A stretch of DNA of 64,000 bases from an uncultured Alphaproteobacteria bacterium. GTDB lineage: Bacteria; Pseudomonadota; Alphaproteobacteria; Micavibrionales; CSBR16-224. The DNA lies in NCBI GenBank assembly GCA_950054485.1, contig CATLPD010000001.1:544798-608797 (forward strand), read 5' to 3'. Position numbers and translations under genes: made by a program. The notes below the pieces were generated by a model. The model was not told the origin of the DNA. It worked only from the letters and a program-made list of their open reading frames with translations, and made no database searches. How positions within the stretch are numbered: the first letter of the stretch is position 1; each line of letters opens with the position of its first letter. This document shows, one piece after another, positions 46,292-55,375 of this stretch.

Positions 46292-46576
46292 TATGGCTGG
46301 CTGGGTTGGCCGCCTGATTTCCAGATGAAACAGGGCGGTACATTGCTGGGCTTTGATGTCATCGAGGCTGAAGATATGCCGACCATTGCTGCTGACAGTC
46401 TGTCGATTGCCTTCGGTGATTTTAATGCCGGATATCAGATTGTTGATCGTCAGGGTGTACGTATTTTACGCGATAACCTGACCGCAAAGCCGTACGTGAA
46501 ATTCTATACAACGAAACGTACAGGTGGTGCGGTGACGAACTTTGATGCTCTAAAGCTCATGAAGTTCGCTTCATAA
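46292..46576 (+). pseudogene. 3' fragment of an HK97/GTA-type major capsid gene (last ~80 codons only), preceded in frame by a g10.1-like snippet
   Basis: TLLGFDVIEAEDMP...IAFGDFNAGYQIVDRQGVRILRD...KPYVKFYTTKRTGGAVTNFDALKLMKF is the conserved C-terminus of GTA/HK97 capsids. The roughly 300 N-terminal residues are absent. The upstream in-frame YGWLGWPPDF resembles the start of rcc01693-type proteins. Confidence 0.75.
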
Positions 46577-46828
46577 TTTTAAACCTACAGACCTGCAAAT
46601 GATCGTTTGCTGTGCGCTGCTGCTCATGATGCCTAAACATCACTGCGCTGCAGTGCGCGCAAACAATTCATTTTCGCTGTCTGCATCTTCAAAATTCAAC
46701 TTTGAGCAAATAAATGCAGGCGATCGCATTTCCCCTCCCTTCCTTAGTTGGCGATCGTACAAATCTGCACTGGCGGGGTGGGTGCGTCATTCGATGTGTC
46801 CATCCCCCACTTTTAATGGAGAGACAAA

Positions 46829-47002
46829 ATGAAAATTAAAGTTTTAAAACATTTCAAATTTGCCGAAGACGGTATCACCGTCAAAACCTACGAGCTCGGC
46901 ATTCACGAAGTTTCAAAACATGTGGCAGATATAGCCATTCATGAAGGCTGGGCCAAAAAACCCGTTGTAAAAAAGAAAGCCCATAAGAAAGTAAAGTCAT
47001 GA
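46829..47002 (+). CDS. Small basic-tailed phage protein (57 aa), below the ORF-track length cutoff
   Basis: ATG at 46829 follows ggagaga. The product is MKIKVLKHFKFAEDGITVKTYELGIHEVSKHVADIAIHEGWAKKPVVKKKAHKKVKS. The stop overlaps the next start (ATGA). Confidence 0.5.
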   Translation: MKIKVLKHFKFAEDGITVKTYELGIHEVSKHVADIAIHEGWAKKPVVKKKAHKKVKS

Positions 47003-47574
47003 GCAATCGATATATAGTCAGCCAAGCCGCCGAACCGGCTGCCGAGCCTGTCAGCGTTGCGGAGTTTAAAAGTTTTCTACGCATAACACACGACAGCGAA
47101 GATAGTGTCTTGGCCGATTACCTGAAAGCCGCCCGTCTATTTTGCGAGAATTACACCGGCAAAGCTTTTATCAGCCGCGCCTATAAAATTATTTTTGACC
47201 GTCTGGATGATCCGAACATTATCCCGCTGGTAAAGATGCCGCTGGTATCCGTATCGACGGTTAAAACCTATGATCTGGATAATATAACCACAACAGTATC
47301 ATCTGATGATTATAGTGTTGATGTGGATGCGGGGCGTATTTTGATGAAATATGGCGCGGTTTTAAATTTGCCAGCACGTGATACACGTATTCTGGAAGTT
47401 GATTTCACAGCCGGTTTTGGCGCAGCAGCCAGTGATGTTCCGGAATCGATTAAACAGGCGATTTTAATGAAGGCAACACAAATGTATGAAGAACGCGGCG
47501 ATGTTCCTGTTTCCGCGCCCTTTGATATGATTGCGGCGCTGTTAAAGCCCTATAAAAAAATCGGTGCTGTGTAA
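46999..47574 (+). CDS. Phage gp6-like head-tail connector (GTA g6-like)
   Basis: EPVSVAEFKSFLRITHDSEDSVLADYLKAARLFCENYTGKAFISRAY is the typical gp6/DNA-packaging connector motif. Confidence 0.8.
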   Translation: MSNRYIVSQAAEPAAEPVSVAEFKSFLRITHDSEDSVLADYLKAARLFCENYTGKAFISRAYKIIFDRLDDPNIIPLVKMPLVSVSTVKTYDLDNITTTVSSDDYSVDVDAGRILMKYGAVLNLPARDTRILEVDFTAGFGAAASDVPESIKQAILMKATQMYEERGDVPVSAPFDMIAALLKPYKKIGAV

Positions 47575-47897
47575 TGGGTGATGTTGGAAAAATGCGACAT
47601 TTAATGCGACTGCAATCGCCTGTCACAACGCGGGATGCAGGGGGCGGCTTTGCAGAAGAATACACGGATGTGGATGATATCTGGTGCGATATCAAACCTG
47701 TGCGTGAAAATATCACAACGCAATATGGCCAGCGCGATATGCGCGTTACCTATAGAATAAAAACGAGATATCGCAGCGATGTTGCAACGGGGCAGAGGTT
47801 ATTGGATCCCGAAAGTGGGGAGACATATATTATTGATACGGCCGTTGATCCTGATATGCGCAAAACCTATCTAGAGATAATGGCGCGTCAGGATTAG
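47574..47897 (+). CDS. Phage head-tail adaptor / head closure protein (SPP1 gp16-like, GTA g7-like)
   Basis: 107 aa, with pattern WCDIKPV...YRIKTRYRSDV..GQRL......YIIDTAVDPD. Confidence 0.7.
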   Translation: MGDVGKMRHLMRLQSPVTTRDAGGGFAEEYTDVDDIWCDIKPVRENITTQYGQRDMRVTYRIKTRYRSDVATGQRLLDPESGETYIIDTAVDPDMRKTYLEIMARQD

Positions 47898-48097
47898 GAG
47901 GCGCGCGGCATTGTTAATGACCAGATAAACAATCCAAGCCAGACAAAAAGCGTCCAGCCAAGGGCGATGTTCAGGCTCATGACAAGGCCGGTCTGGTGAT
48001 GGTTTTTATTCAGCGCAATGCGACCCGGTAAAAGATAAACCCAAGTTAAAAGCGCAGATACAACAATCGCAATAAAGATAAAAAGAAGATACAGCAT
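47894..48097 (-). CDS. Superinfection-immunity-like small membrane protein (Imm_superinfect family pattern)
   Basis: YLLPGRIALNKNHHQTGLVMSLNIALGWTLFVWLGLFIWSL matches the lP..iA..r.h.....i..lN...GWT..GW...l.Wa pattern. Two TM helices. Confidence 0.55.
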   Translation of the reverse strand: MLYLLFIFIAIVVSALLTWVYLLPGRIALNKNHHQTGLVMSLNIALGWTLFVWLGLFIWSLTMPRAS

Positions 48098-48711
48098 TAT
48101 TCAGAAGGCTCCTGATCGGTTTTGTAAAATTCATCGGCGATCGCTTCGCCTTGTAGAATTTGATCAGGAGAAAGCTGCGCTGTCAAGCGACGTGCCAATT
48201 CCTTACCGGCTGCGGCCATATCGGGCAGGCGGTCCTGACGGGCAGTAATACGATACCAGGCATAAGATTTAACAATATCCGGTTTAACATCCGGCAGTTC
48301 GGCATGACCGTTCAAATAAAAACTGGCGATCATAAATTGGGCAGCCGGATTTCCGGCTTCGGCCGATTTTTTAAACCATTCAAAAGCGGCAGGGAAATCT
48401 TTTTCAGTGCCAAGGCCTTCGGCATACATGGTGGCGATTGCCAACATGGCATTGTCATTTCCTGATGTCAGGGCCTGTTTGTAATGCTGGAAAGCAACAG
48501 CGTGATTTTGTTCGACACCTTTGCCGTCATTATACATGTTGCCCAAAAGGACCAGGGCCTGATCGTTGCCTTCTTCTGCCAGAGGGCGCAGAAATTTAAC
48601 GGCGTTCACCCAGTCTTGTTTTTGATAGGCGGCGCGACCTTCCTCGAGACTGGCGTAGGCTGAAGATGTGAAAAGAAGAATGCCGATAATGGCCGCCATT
48701 AAAATACGCAT
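48097..48711 (-). CDS. Secreted Sel1-like (SLR/TPR) repeat protein
   Basis: Signal peptide present. Repeats are LGNMYNDGKGVEQNHAVAFQHYKQA, IATMYAEGLGTEKDFPAAFEWFKKSAEAGNPAAQF. Confidence 0.8.
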   Translation of the reverse strand: MRILMAAIIGILLFTSSAYASLEEGRAAYQKQDWVNAVKFLRPLAEEGNDQALVLLGNMYNDGKGVEQNHAVAFQHYKQALTSGNDNAMLAIATMYAEGLGTEKDFPAAFEWFKKSAEAGNPAAQFMIASFYLNGHAELPDVKPDIVKSYAWYRITARQDRLPDMAAAGKELARRLTAQLSPDQILQGEAIADEFYKTDQEPSE

Positions 48712-48793
48712 GGATTTTTGCTCCCACAATTAATTGTTCAACATTCAGTATACGCAAAAAACTGTCAAAACACTCTTAAAAAAAGGAAAAAAG

Positions 48794-49210
48794 ATGCCCG
48801 ATGCTATTCAATGGGCCTTGCAAAAGGCGCTGTACGATAAATTAACGAGCGCGGCGAATTTAACAGCCCTGTTGCCGAACGGCACGGATGATATCTATAG
48901 CCACGTGCCGGATGATACGCCGCCGCTCTATTGTCTTTTCAGATTGGCTGGGGCCGAAAAGATTGCAACCAAACTGCATGATGCCCTTGAGATATCCGTT
49001 TTGATTGAATGTTATAACGCGAAAAAAACGGCGCAAAACGGTCACGACATAGCAGCTGAAATCAAAAACACGCTGGATAAAGCGGAATTTATTCTTGCAG
49101 ATTACAATGTGATTGATTGCCGTTTCGAAAAAGAAACGATACAGGCCTTCGAAGGCGGGCGTCTGCAAAAAACATCACAGATATTCAAAATTATTATCGA
49201 ACCAAAATAA
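48794..49210 (+). CDS. DUF3168-type tail terminator/completion protein (GTA g8-like)
   Basis: IQWALQKALYDKLTSAANLTALL...IYSHVPDDTPPLY matches the family pattern. Its position before the major tail gene fits. Confidence 0.6.
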   Translation: MPDAIQWALQKALYDKLTSAANLTALLPNGTDDIYSHVPDDTPPLYCLFRLAGAEKIATKLHDALEISVLIECYNAKKTAQNGHDIAAEIKNTLDKAEFILADYNVIDCRFEKETIQAFEGGRLQKTSQIFKIIIEPK

Positions 49211-49222
49211 GGAGTATTAAAC

Positions 49223-49636
49223 ATGGCAAGTCAGAAAGGCCGCGATTTTTTAATGAAAATTGGTGACGGGCAGCCGTCAGAAACATTTACAGCATTGGGT
49301 GCGGCGCGCACGAATGCAATGCGCATCAATAATAACCCGGTGGATGATACGGCAATGGATTCAAATGGTATCCAAAGCCTGATCGGGGACGCCGGCGTGC
49401 AAACGATGGAATTAACGATTGATGGCCTGTTCAAGGATGCGGACGCCGAAGAGGTTTTGCGGGAAAAAGCCTTTTCAGGGGCTGCGGCAAATTACCAGCT
49501 GGCTTTCCCGAACGGTGATGTGCTGGAGGCCTCATTCATTATTCGTGAGTATAGCCGCGGGGGGACTTATGATGGGCTGGAGACATTTTCAGCTGTTCTT
49601 TTAAGAAGCGGCGCCAGCACCTACACAAGCGGATAA
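49223..49636 (+). CDS. Phage major tail (tube) protein, TP901-1/GTA g9 family
   Basis: GRDFLMKIGDG...FTALGAARTNAMRINNNPVDDT...MELTIDGLF...YQLAFPNGD is typical of GTA g9-type tube proteins. Confidence 0.8.
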   Translation: MASQKGRDFLMKIGDGQPSETFTALGAARTNAMRINNNPVDDTAMDSNGIQSLIGDAGVQTMELTIDGLFKDADAEEVLREKAFSGAAANYQLAFPNGDVLEASFIIREYSRGGTYDGLETFSAVLLRSGASTYTSG

Positions 49637-49646
49637 GGAGAGATAG

Positions 49647-49997
49647 ATGGTCACATGGCCTGTAACTTTACCTGTATCGCCGTTATTGGATGGATTTGTC
49701 GAGACGGTTCCCGAAACGGTCATCCGCAGCCAGATGGATAGCGGGCCTGATAAGGTTCGGAACCGCACCACAGCGGGAGTACGCCTGTTTTCGATGAGCT
49801 TTATCATGTCAAAAACTGAAACAGCCCTGTTTGATGATTTTTATTTAAATGACTTGAACGGCGGGGCGGTGTCTTTTGACTTTACCCACCCCAGAACAGG
49901 TGAAACCCTGTCGATGCGTGTGGTTAAACCGCCTGCTTATACCGCGCAGAACAGCAAATATTTTCGGATTAAGCTTGAAACCGAGGCCCTGCCATGA
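49647..49997 (+). CDS. Lambda gpM-like minor tail / distal tail protein (tentative)
   Basis: At 116 aa, the pattern resembles Phage_min_tail proteins (…ALFDDFYLNDLNGGAVSFDFTHP…). Its position ahead of the L/K/I/J-like genes fits. Confidence 0.45.
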   Translation: MVTWPVTLPVSPLLDGFVETVPETVIRSQMDSGPDKVRNRTTAGVRLFSMSFIMSKTETALFDDFYLNDLNGGAVSFDFTHPRTGETLSMRVVKPPAYTAQNSKYFRIKLETEALP

Positions 49998-50467
49998 GCC
50001 GTAATCTTTCCACCGATGCTTTGAAGGCGATATATGCAGCGGAAACGGCAGAGGCGTTTTTAATTTTATTAACGCTGGACCATGAAACGCTGGAAACGCC
50101 CCTACGCGTATCAAGTGATGCTGTTGATACGGTGAGCCGTGGTGAGAGCTTTACTGCTTTTCCGTTTGAACTGGTTTTACCTGATGATCGCGAAAACACA
50201 TCGCCGCGTGCCCGCCTGATCATTGATAATGTGAGTCGCGTGGTTTTGGCATCAATAAAATCGCTGAGCACAGCGCCAAGCGTAACAATGGAAATTGTGC
50301 GCGGCAGTGACCCTGATACTGTTGAGGCTGTTTTCCCGGACTTTAAACTGGCGAACATAAAATATAATGCTTTGACGATTCAAGGGGATCTGACTCTGGA
50401 AGATTTCACGGCTGAACCCTATCCGTCGACAATTTTTTCACCCTCGTCATTTCCAGCGCTATTTTAG
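49994..50467 (+). CDS. DUF1833-family phage protein (gpL-position minor tail protein)
   Basis: AFLILLTLDHETLETPLRVSSD...FTAFPFELVLPDD...ARLIIDNVSRVV matches the DUF1833 pattern. Confidence 0.6.
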   Translation: MSRNLSTDALKAIYAAETAEAFLILLTLDHETLETPLRVSSDAVDTVSRGESFTAFPFELVLPDDRENTSPRARLIIDNVSRVVLASIKSLSTAPSVTMEIVRGSDPDTVEAVFPDFKLANIKYNALTIQGDLTLEDFTAEPYPSTIFSPSSFPALF

Positions 50468-50479
50468 GTATTACGGGCA

Positions 50480-50508
50480 TTGGCAAGATTTTCGAATCGT
50501 GTTATATT
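50480..50508 (+). promoter_or_regulatory. Sigma70-like promoter candidate (TTGGCA-17-TATATT)
   Basis: ttggca at 50480-50485, a 17-nt spacer, then tatatt at 50503-50508, about 100 nt upstream of the small gene at 50612. Confidence 0.3.
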
Positions 50509-50611
50509 GAAATTATTAATAAAGAATGAAAGTTTTTTATGGTAATTGCTCTTAAGCTGTGCTACAGTTAAGAAGAGTAAAGGATTCGGTATAACGTCGG
50601 AGGGTCACAAC

Positions 50612-50782
50612 ATGACGGATACGAAATTAACATCGCAGTTTGGAAATTTGGAAAGTTTTGTTCCAACAGAACCTAAGGCTATGACGCCGGTTATGAAGCG
50701 TCTTGAAGATGCCTTTAAGGATACGCGATCGTCTTCTGCACCCTCTGTTGCTCTGAGAACAGGTAAAGGTATGAAGGGCTGA
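50612..50782 (+). CDS. Small hydrophilic protein (56 aa), moron-like insertion in the tail module
   Basis: ATG at 50612 follows ggaggg. It has its own candidate promoter and its own terminator. Confidence 0.45.
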   Translation: MTDTKLTSQFGNLESFVPTEPKAMTPVMKRLEDAFKDTRSSSAPSVALRTGKGMKG

Positions 50783-50804
50783 TTGCCCCGACATAAAGAT
50801 TTAT

Positions 50805-50830
50805 AACCCGGCCTTGGCCGGGTTTTTTAT
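50805..50830 (+). terminator. Rho-independent terminator
   Basis: aacccggc cttg gccgggtt followed by ttttat. Confidence 0.8.
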
Positions 50831-50855
50831 TATCCAAAAATCAAAGGACTATAAA

Positions 50856-51266
50856 ATGCCGATTCCTTTCTGGGCAGGTCATTATATTGGTTTGCCCTAT
50901 AAATCACGCGGCCGCGACACCAAGGGTTTGGACTGTTGGGGTTTGGTGCGGCTGGTTCTGCACGAACAGATGAATATTCAGGTGCCTTCATATACGGCCT
51001 TTTATGATTCAGCTGAAAACCCGCAACAAGTCGGGTCATTGGTACGTCGTGTTTCGCTAAATTGGGGCCGTGTTTCCTGGGGGCAATGTGGTGATGTTCT
51101 GGTTTTACGCATGAGGGGCGAGCCCATGCACATCGGACTTGTGCTGGATGAAACATACATGCTGCATATCGAACGCGGCATTAACAGCGTGATTGAACGA
51201 TATGATTCATCGAAATGGAAAAAACGCATCATCGGAATATTCAGATATCAAAAACATGACAGATAA
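50856..51266 (+). CDS. NlpC/P60 cell-wall peptidase (lambda gpK / GTA g14-like)
   Basis: The catalytic Cys is in GLDCWGLVRLV and the His in MHIGLV. ATG at 50856; the track start at 50814 lies inside the terminator. Confidence 0.85.
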   Translation: MPIPFWAGHYIGLPYKSRGRDTKGLDCWGLVRLVLHEQMNIQVPSYTAFYDSAENPQQVGSLVRRVSLNWGRVSWGQCGDVLVLRMRGEPMHIGLVLDETYMLHIERGINSVIERYDSSKWKKRIIGIFRYQKHDR

Positions 51267-54200
51267 AACCTTAAATATACAATCCATACCGCATTCGTTC
51301 TCGGTCGAGCGCGTTGATCATACCCTGCCATTGGGCCTTTCAATCGCTGAAATTATAGCGACTGTTCAGCCCGATGATATTTTACGGCCGTATGTCCATG
51401 CCTTTATTAACGGCGATTATATACCGCAAGAAAATTGGGCGGCGGTGCGGCCAAAACAACAGGCAATTGTCAGCCTGCGGATGGTGCCGCAGGGCGGGGG
51501 CGGTAAAAACCCCCTGCGTACGATCCTGAGTGTGGCGCTGTTGGCGGCAACGCCGCAATTGGGGGCCTTGATCGGATCAGGCCTGTCGGCGCAATTCGGC
51601 GGAGCCTTTTCCCTGTCTTTAACATCAAAGCTGGTCACAGGTGGGTTGAATTTTGTCGCGCGTCTGGCATTAAATGCACTGGCGCCGCCATCAAGATCCG
51701 GTTTTTCACGCGCCCCACGCGAAACACAAACGCAATATATCCAGGGCAGCCGAAACAGGATTGAACCGTTCGGCAATATACCGCAGGTCTTGGGCCGCCA
51801 CCGTATGGTCCCGCCACTGGCGGCAAAACCCTATACCGAGACAATCGGAAACGATCAGTATGTCAGAATGCTTTTCGTATGGGGGTTCGGGCCGTTGGAT
51901 ATTACAGATTTGAAAATCGGCGAGACCGCGATTGAAGAGTTCGAAGATATCGAAATAGAAAATCGGAGCGGCACGGAGGGCGAAGCGCCAATATCGCTTT
52001 ATACCTCTGTAGTAGATCAGAATGATCTGCAGGTTAAACTGACAAAAGCCGCCGGATACGAAGTGCGAACAACTGACAGTGATGTTGACGAGATATCGGT
52101 CGATATAACATTTCCCAAAGGTTTGACCAAATTTGAAAATAACGGTAGCCGTAGCAAAAGGCAGGTTCAGGTTGAAATCCAATATGCGCCGACGGGCACA
52201 AATGAATGGACGGCAGGTGTCTATAATTTTAAAGCGATAGCAGCGCAGACCGTGAATCATATTGAGCCGCCAGGTCACTTCGGTTTTACATCCAGTATGG
52301 CGGGATATGATTATCGTTTTTATAAACGGATTGATTTGGTTGTCTTGGATATCGCGAGCGGTCAGGCCAGTATTATTTATGGTCAGAAAAACCATGGTTT
52401 CGATGCGATGGGTGAACAGCATCTGGGCCTAAGCGTACGTGCACCGCAATGCCCGCAGAATAAAATTGAAATTGCGCGCATCATCAGTCTTGGCGATACG
52501 GTGGGGGCAGAGGTTATAGATAAAAGAAGCTTTGAAGATGTCGGTGATATCTATCAGAGCGCTTCGGATTTTGTGGTTAATATCGTTGGCGATGATATCC
52601 AAATTGCGGCGGGCGGATTAAAATTCAGCGGTTTTGATGTGACATCAAAGCAAAGCGTATCTTTACGCAAAAGTGTCAGGTTCAAGGTACCGCGTGGACA
52701 ATATGATGTGCGCCTGCGCCGTCTGACAGATGACAGCAATGACGATGAAATATTTGATGAAGTCTATTGGACAGCCTTGCGGTCAATTCGTCATGAAGAT
52801 CCATTGCCGTTGTCAGGTTTGGCTGTCACTGCGCTGCGCGTCAGGGCAACCGATCAGTTAAACGGTACGATCGACCAGTTTAACGGAATTGTCACAGCTA
52901 GAATTCCGGATTGGGATGGTGAAAACTGGAACGTGCGTGCGACATCAAACCCTGCGTCGATATACCGACATGTTTTGCAGGGTGCAGCCAATGCCAGACC
53001 GCTGACAGACGATCGCATAGATATTTCAAAACTGCAGGAATGGCACGGTAGATGCGCAGAAAACGAGCGGGAATTCAATGCCGTCATCAGCGGCGGTAAA
53101 TCCGTTATGGATGTGATCAGTGATGTGGCGGCTGCAGGCCGTGCCAGCCCAACCATTATTGATGGGCGCTGGGGCGTTGTAGAGGATGTTGCGCAGTCTG
53201 CACCCGTTCAGCATTTCACCCCGCGCAACAGTTGGGGGTTTGAAGCCGAGCGTGCTTTTGAAGACCGCCCGCACGCCTTACGTATTAAATTCAATAACCG
53301 TGATAAAGGCTTTCAACTGGATGAACGTTTGGTCTTTGATGATGGATATGATGAAAATAATGCCACCAAATTCGAAACGCTGGAGCTGGCAGGTATTACC
53401 GATACAGATCATATCTGGCGTGATGGCCGATACCATATAGCATCGGCACGGTTGCGGCCCGAGGTTTATAGCTTTCATACTGATATTGAACATATCGTCT
53501 GTACGCGCGGGGATCGTGTGCAATTAACCCATGATGCTGCACTGATCGGGCTGCAGTCCGCGCGCATCAAATCTGTTGAGACAGACGGCATTAATGTTAC
53601 GGAGGTGATGCTTGATTGCGAGATTACCATGGAAAGCGGAAAATCCTATGTTTTGCGTATCCGCACACAAAGCAATGTGTCAGTGGTTGTGCCGCTTGTT
53701 AATGCTGAGAGCAGCACGAATTCTGTTGAATTTGAAACGCCCCATAGCGGCGCGCCTATTATCAATGCCGGCGATCTGTGTGTTTTCGGAGAGGCGGGGC
53801 GTGACAGCCTTGATCTGATCGTCAAATCAATCGAGCCACAGGATGATCTGAACGCCAAGATCACGTGTGTTGATGCCGCGCCTGATTTACATCTGGCGGA
53901 TCAGGATGAAATCCCGACATATAATAGCGGCCTGACCATACCGCCGGAACTTGTCACGCCGACAGCGCCTGTTATAAAGGCCATTCAGTCGGGGGCGGAA
54001 GCCATCAAACGTAATACCGATGGATCATTTGCGCCGCGCATTTTCCTAACGTTCGAGCCGCCGTCCGATATCAGTAGCCTGAATCTGAGTGTTCGTATCA
54101 AAAGCAAGGATGAAAGCGGATATTATACGCCGCGCATTCAAAAGACCGGAACGCATTCCTACATCATTGAAGATGTTGAAGAAGGTGAATTCTATGATAT

Positions 54201-55344
54201 TGCCCTGAAGTATGTCCGCAATAACAATATAGCATCCGAAGTCACGCAGGTTTCAAATTATGAAGTCATTGGCCTGCGGGATAAGCCGGCAGATGTTGAA
54301 AATTTTGCTATTGCGCATGTGGGCGATACCGCACACCTTAGCTGGTCGACAGTATCTGATATTGACCTGAGTTATTATCAGGTGCGCTTTACGTCGGATC
54401 TGATTAATACGCCCAGTTGGAATGCGGCGACGGATTTAGTGCCGAAGATATCGAAAACGGCGACATCTGTATCGGTGCCTGCGATGGATGGATATTATCT
54501 GATCAAGGCTGTTGATCTGGGTGGGCGCCATAGTGAAAACGAAACAGTCATCAAGTCCGATATTGCTAGCGTATTAAACTTGAATGTGGTCGAAACATTG
54601 ACGGAGCATTCATTCTTTAATGGTGATAAATCGGGTGTTGTTACCGTCAATAACAGCCTGCGCCTTGATGCTGTTGACCGTTTCGATGACTGGAGCGATC
54701 TGGACGATATAAATAATATTGATATCGGGGAAAGCGGATTTTTGACAAACGGTATTTATTATTTTGACAACAATATTGATTTGGGCGCCAGTTATACCAG
54801 TCATATTACTGCCAACATACGCCTGAGCGGTCTGGATCTGAATGACGTGCTGGATGATCAGGGTAATATAGATGTGATTGAATCCTGGGACAACACGGCG
54901 TTACCTGATAACTGGTCGATAATACCACAGATAAGAACAACAGATGATGACCCTGCGGCCGCGCCTGAATGGGGGGCGTGGCAGAATTTTGTCATTGGAA
55001 ATTATACGGCCCGCGCCTTTGAATTTCGTGTAATCCTTTCAAGTGATGTTAATGGCGTCACCCCTGTGATTAATGCGCTGTCGATCACCGTCGACATGCC
55101 GGACCGGATTATTTCCGATCAGGACGTGGTATCAGCGTCCGGCGGAAGTATGATTGATTTCACCCATCCGTTCCGGGCAAAACCGGCCGTTGCGATTTCC
55201 GCGCAGGACATGCAGGCCGGGGATTATTTTGCAGTATCATCCGTCAGCAATTCAGGATTTACCATTCAGTTTTTTGACCAGTCAAATACACCGATCAGCC
55301 GCAGCTTTGATTACCTCGCCAAAGGCTATGGCCAACGGCTTTAA
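51256..55344 (+). CDS. Tail-tip host-specificity protein (gpI-like N-terminus fused to a gpJ/GTA g15-like body), 1362 aa
   Basis: The N-terminus has GGGGKNPLRTILSVALLAA (gpI-like). The central part is TALRVRATDQLNGTIDQFNGIV...SNPASIYRHVLQG...DVISDVAAAGRASPTIIDGRWGVV (Phage-tail_3-like). FN3-like repeats lie in the C-terminal half. Confidence 0.85.
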   Translation: MTDKTLNIQSIPHSFSVERVDHTLPLGLSIAEIIATVQPDDILRPYVHAFINGDYIPQENWAAVRPKQQAIVSLRMVPQGGGGKNPLRTILSVALLAATPQLGALIGSGLSAQFGGAFSLSLTSKLVTGGLNFVARLALNALAPPSRSGFSRAPRETQTQYIQGSRNRIEPFGNIPQVLGRHRMVPPLAAKPYTETIGNDQYVRMLFVWGFGPLDITDLKIGETAIEEFEDIEIENRSGTEGEAPISLYTSVVDQNDLQVKLTKAAGYEVRTTDSDVDEISVDITFPKGLTKFENNGSRSKRQVQVEIQYAPTGTNEWTAGVYNFKAIAAQTVNHIEPPGHFGFTSSMAGYDYRFYKRIDLVVLDIASGQASIIYGQKNHGFDAMGEQHLGLSVRAPQCPQNKIEIARIISLGDTVGAEVIDKRSFEDVGDIYQSASDFVVNIVGDDIQIAAGGLKFSGFDVTSKQSVSLRKSVRFKVPRGQYDVRLRRLTDDSNDDEIFDEVYWTALRSIRHEDPLPLSGLAVTALRVRATDQLNGTIDQFNGIVTARIPDWDGENWNVRATSNPASIYRHVLQGAANARPLTDDRIDISKLQEWHGRCAENEREFNAVISGGKSVMDVISDVAAAGRASPTIIDGRWGVVEDVAQSAPVQHFTPRNSWGFEAERAFEDRPHALRIKFNNRDKGFQLDERLVFDDGYDENNATKFETLELAGITDTDHIWRDGRYHIASARLRPEVYSFHTDIEHIVCTRGDRVQLTHDAALIGLQSARIKSVETDGINVTEVMLDCEITMESGKSYVLRIRTQSNVSVVVPLVNAESSTNSVEFETPHSGAPIINAGDLCVFGEAGRDSLDLIVKSIEPQDDLNAKITCVDAAPDLHLADQDEIPTYNSGLTIPPELVTPTAPVIKAIQSGAEAIKRNTDGSFAPRIFLTFEPPSDISSLNLSVRIKSKDESGYYTPRIQKTGTHSYIIEDVEEGEFYDIALKYVRNNNIASEVTQVSNYEVIGLRDKPADVENFAIAHVGDTAHLSWSTVSDIDLSYYQVRFTSDLINTPSWNAATDLVPKISKTATSVSVPAMDGYYLIKAVDLGGRHSENETVIKSDIASVLNLNVVETLTEHSFFNGDKSGVVTVNNSLRLDAVDRFDDWSDLDDINNIDIGESGFLTNGIYYFDNNIDLGASYTSHITANIRLSGLDLNDVLDDQGNIDVIESWDNTALPDNWSIIPQIRTTDDDPAAAPEWGAWQNFVIGNYTARAFEFRVILSSDVNGVTPVINALSITVDMPDRIISDQDVVSASGGSMIDFTHPFRAKPAVAISAQDMQAGDYFAVSSVSNSGFTIQFFDQSNTPISRSFDYLAKGYGQRL

Positions 55345-55375
55345 TACCTCAATCTATAAAAAAAAGGAGAATGAA

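Noticed and set aside
46599-46832. 77-aa ORF between the capsid fragment and the small 57-aa gene
   Set aside because: No SD, an odd Cys/Ser-rich composition and no phage-like motif. It is more likely decayed spacer sequence.
55154-55375. N-terminal extension of the tail-fibre-like ORF (track start at 55154)
   Set aside because: The extension overlaps the 3' end of the J-like gene in another frame. A strong SD plus ATG at 55376 gives a sensible start.
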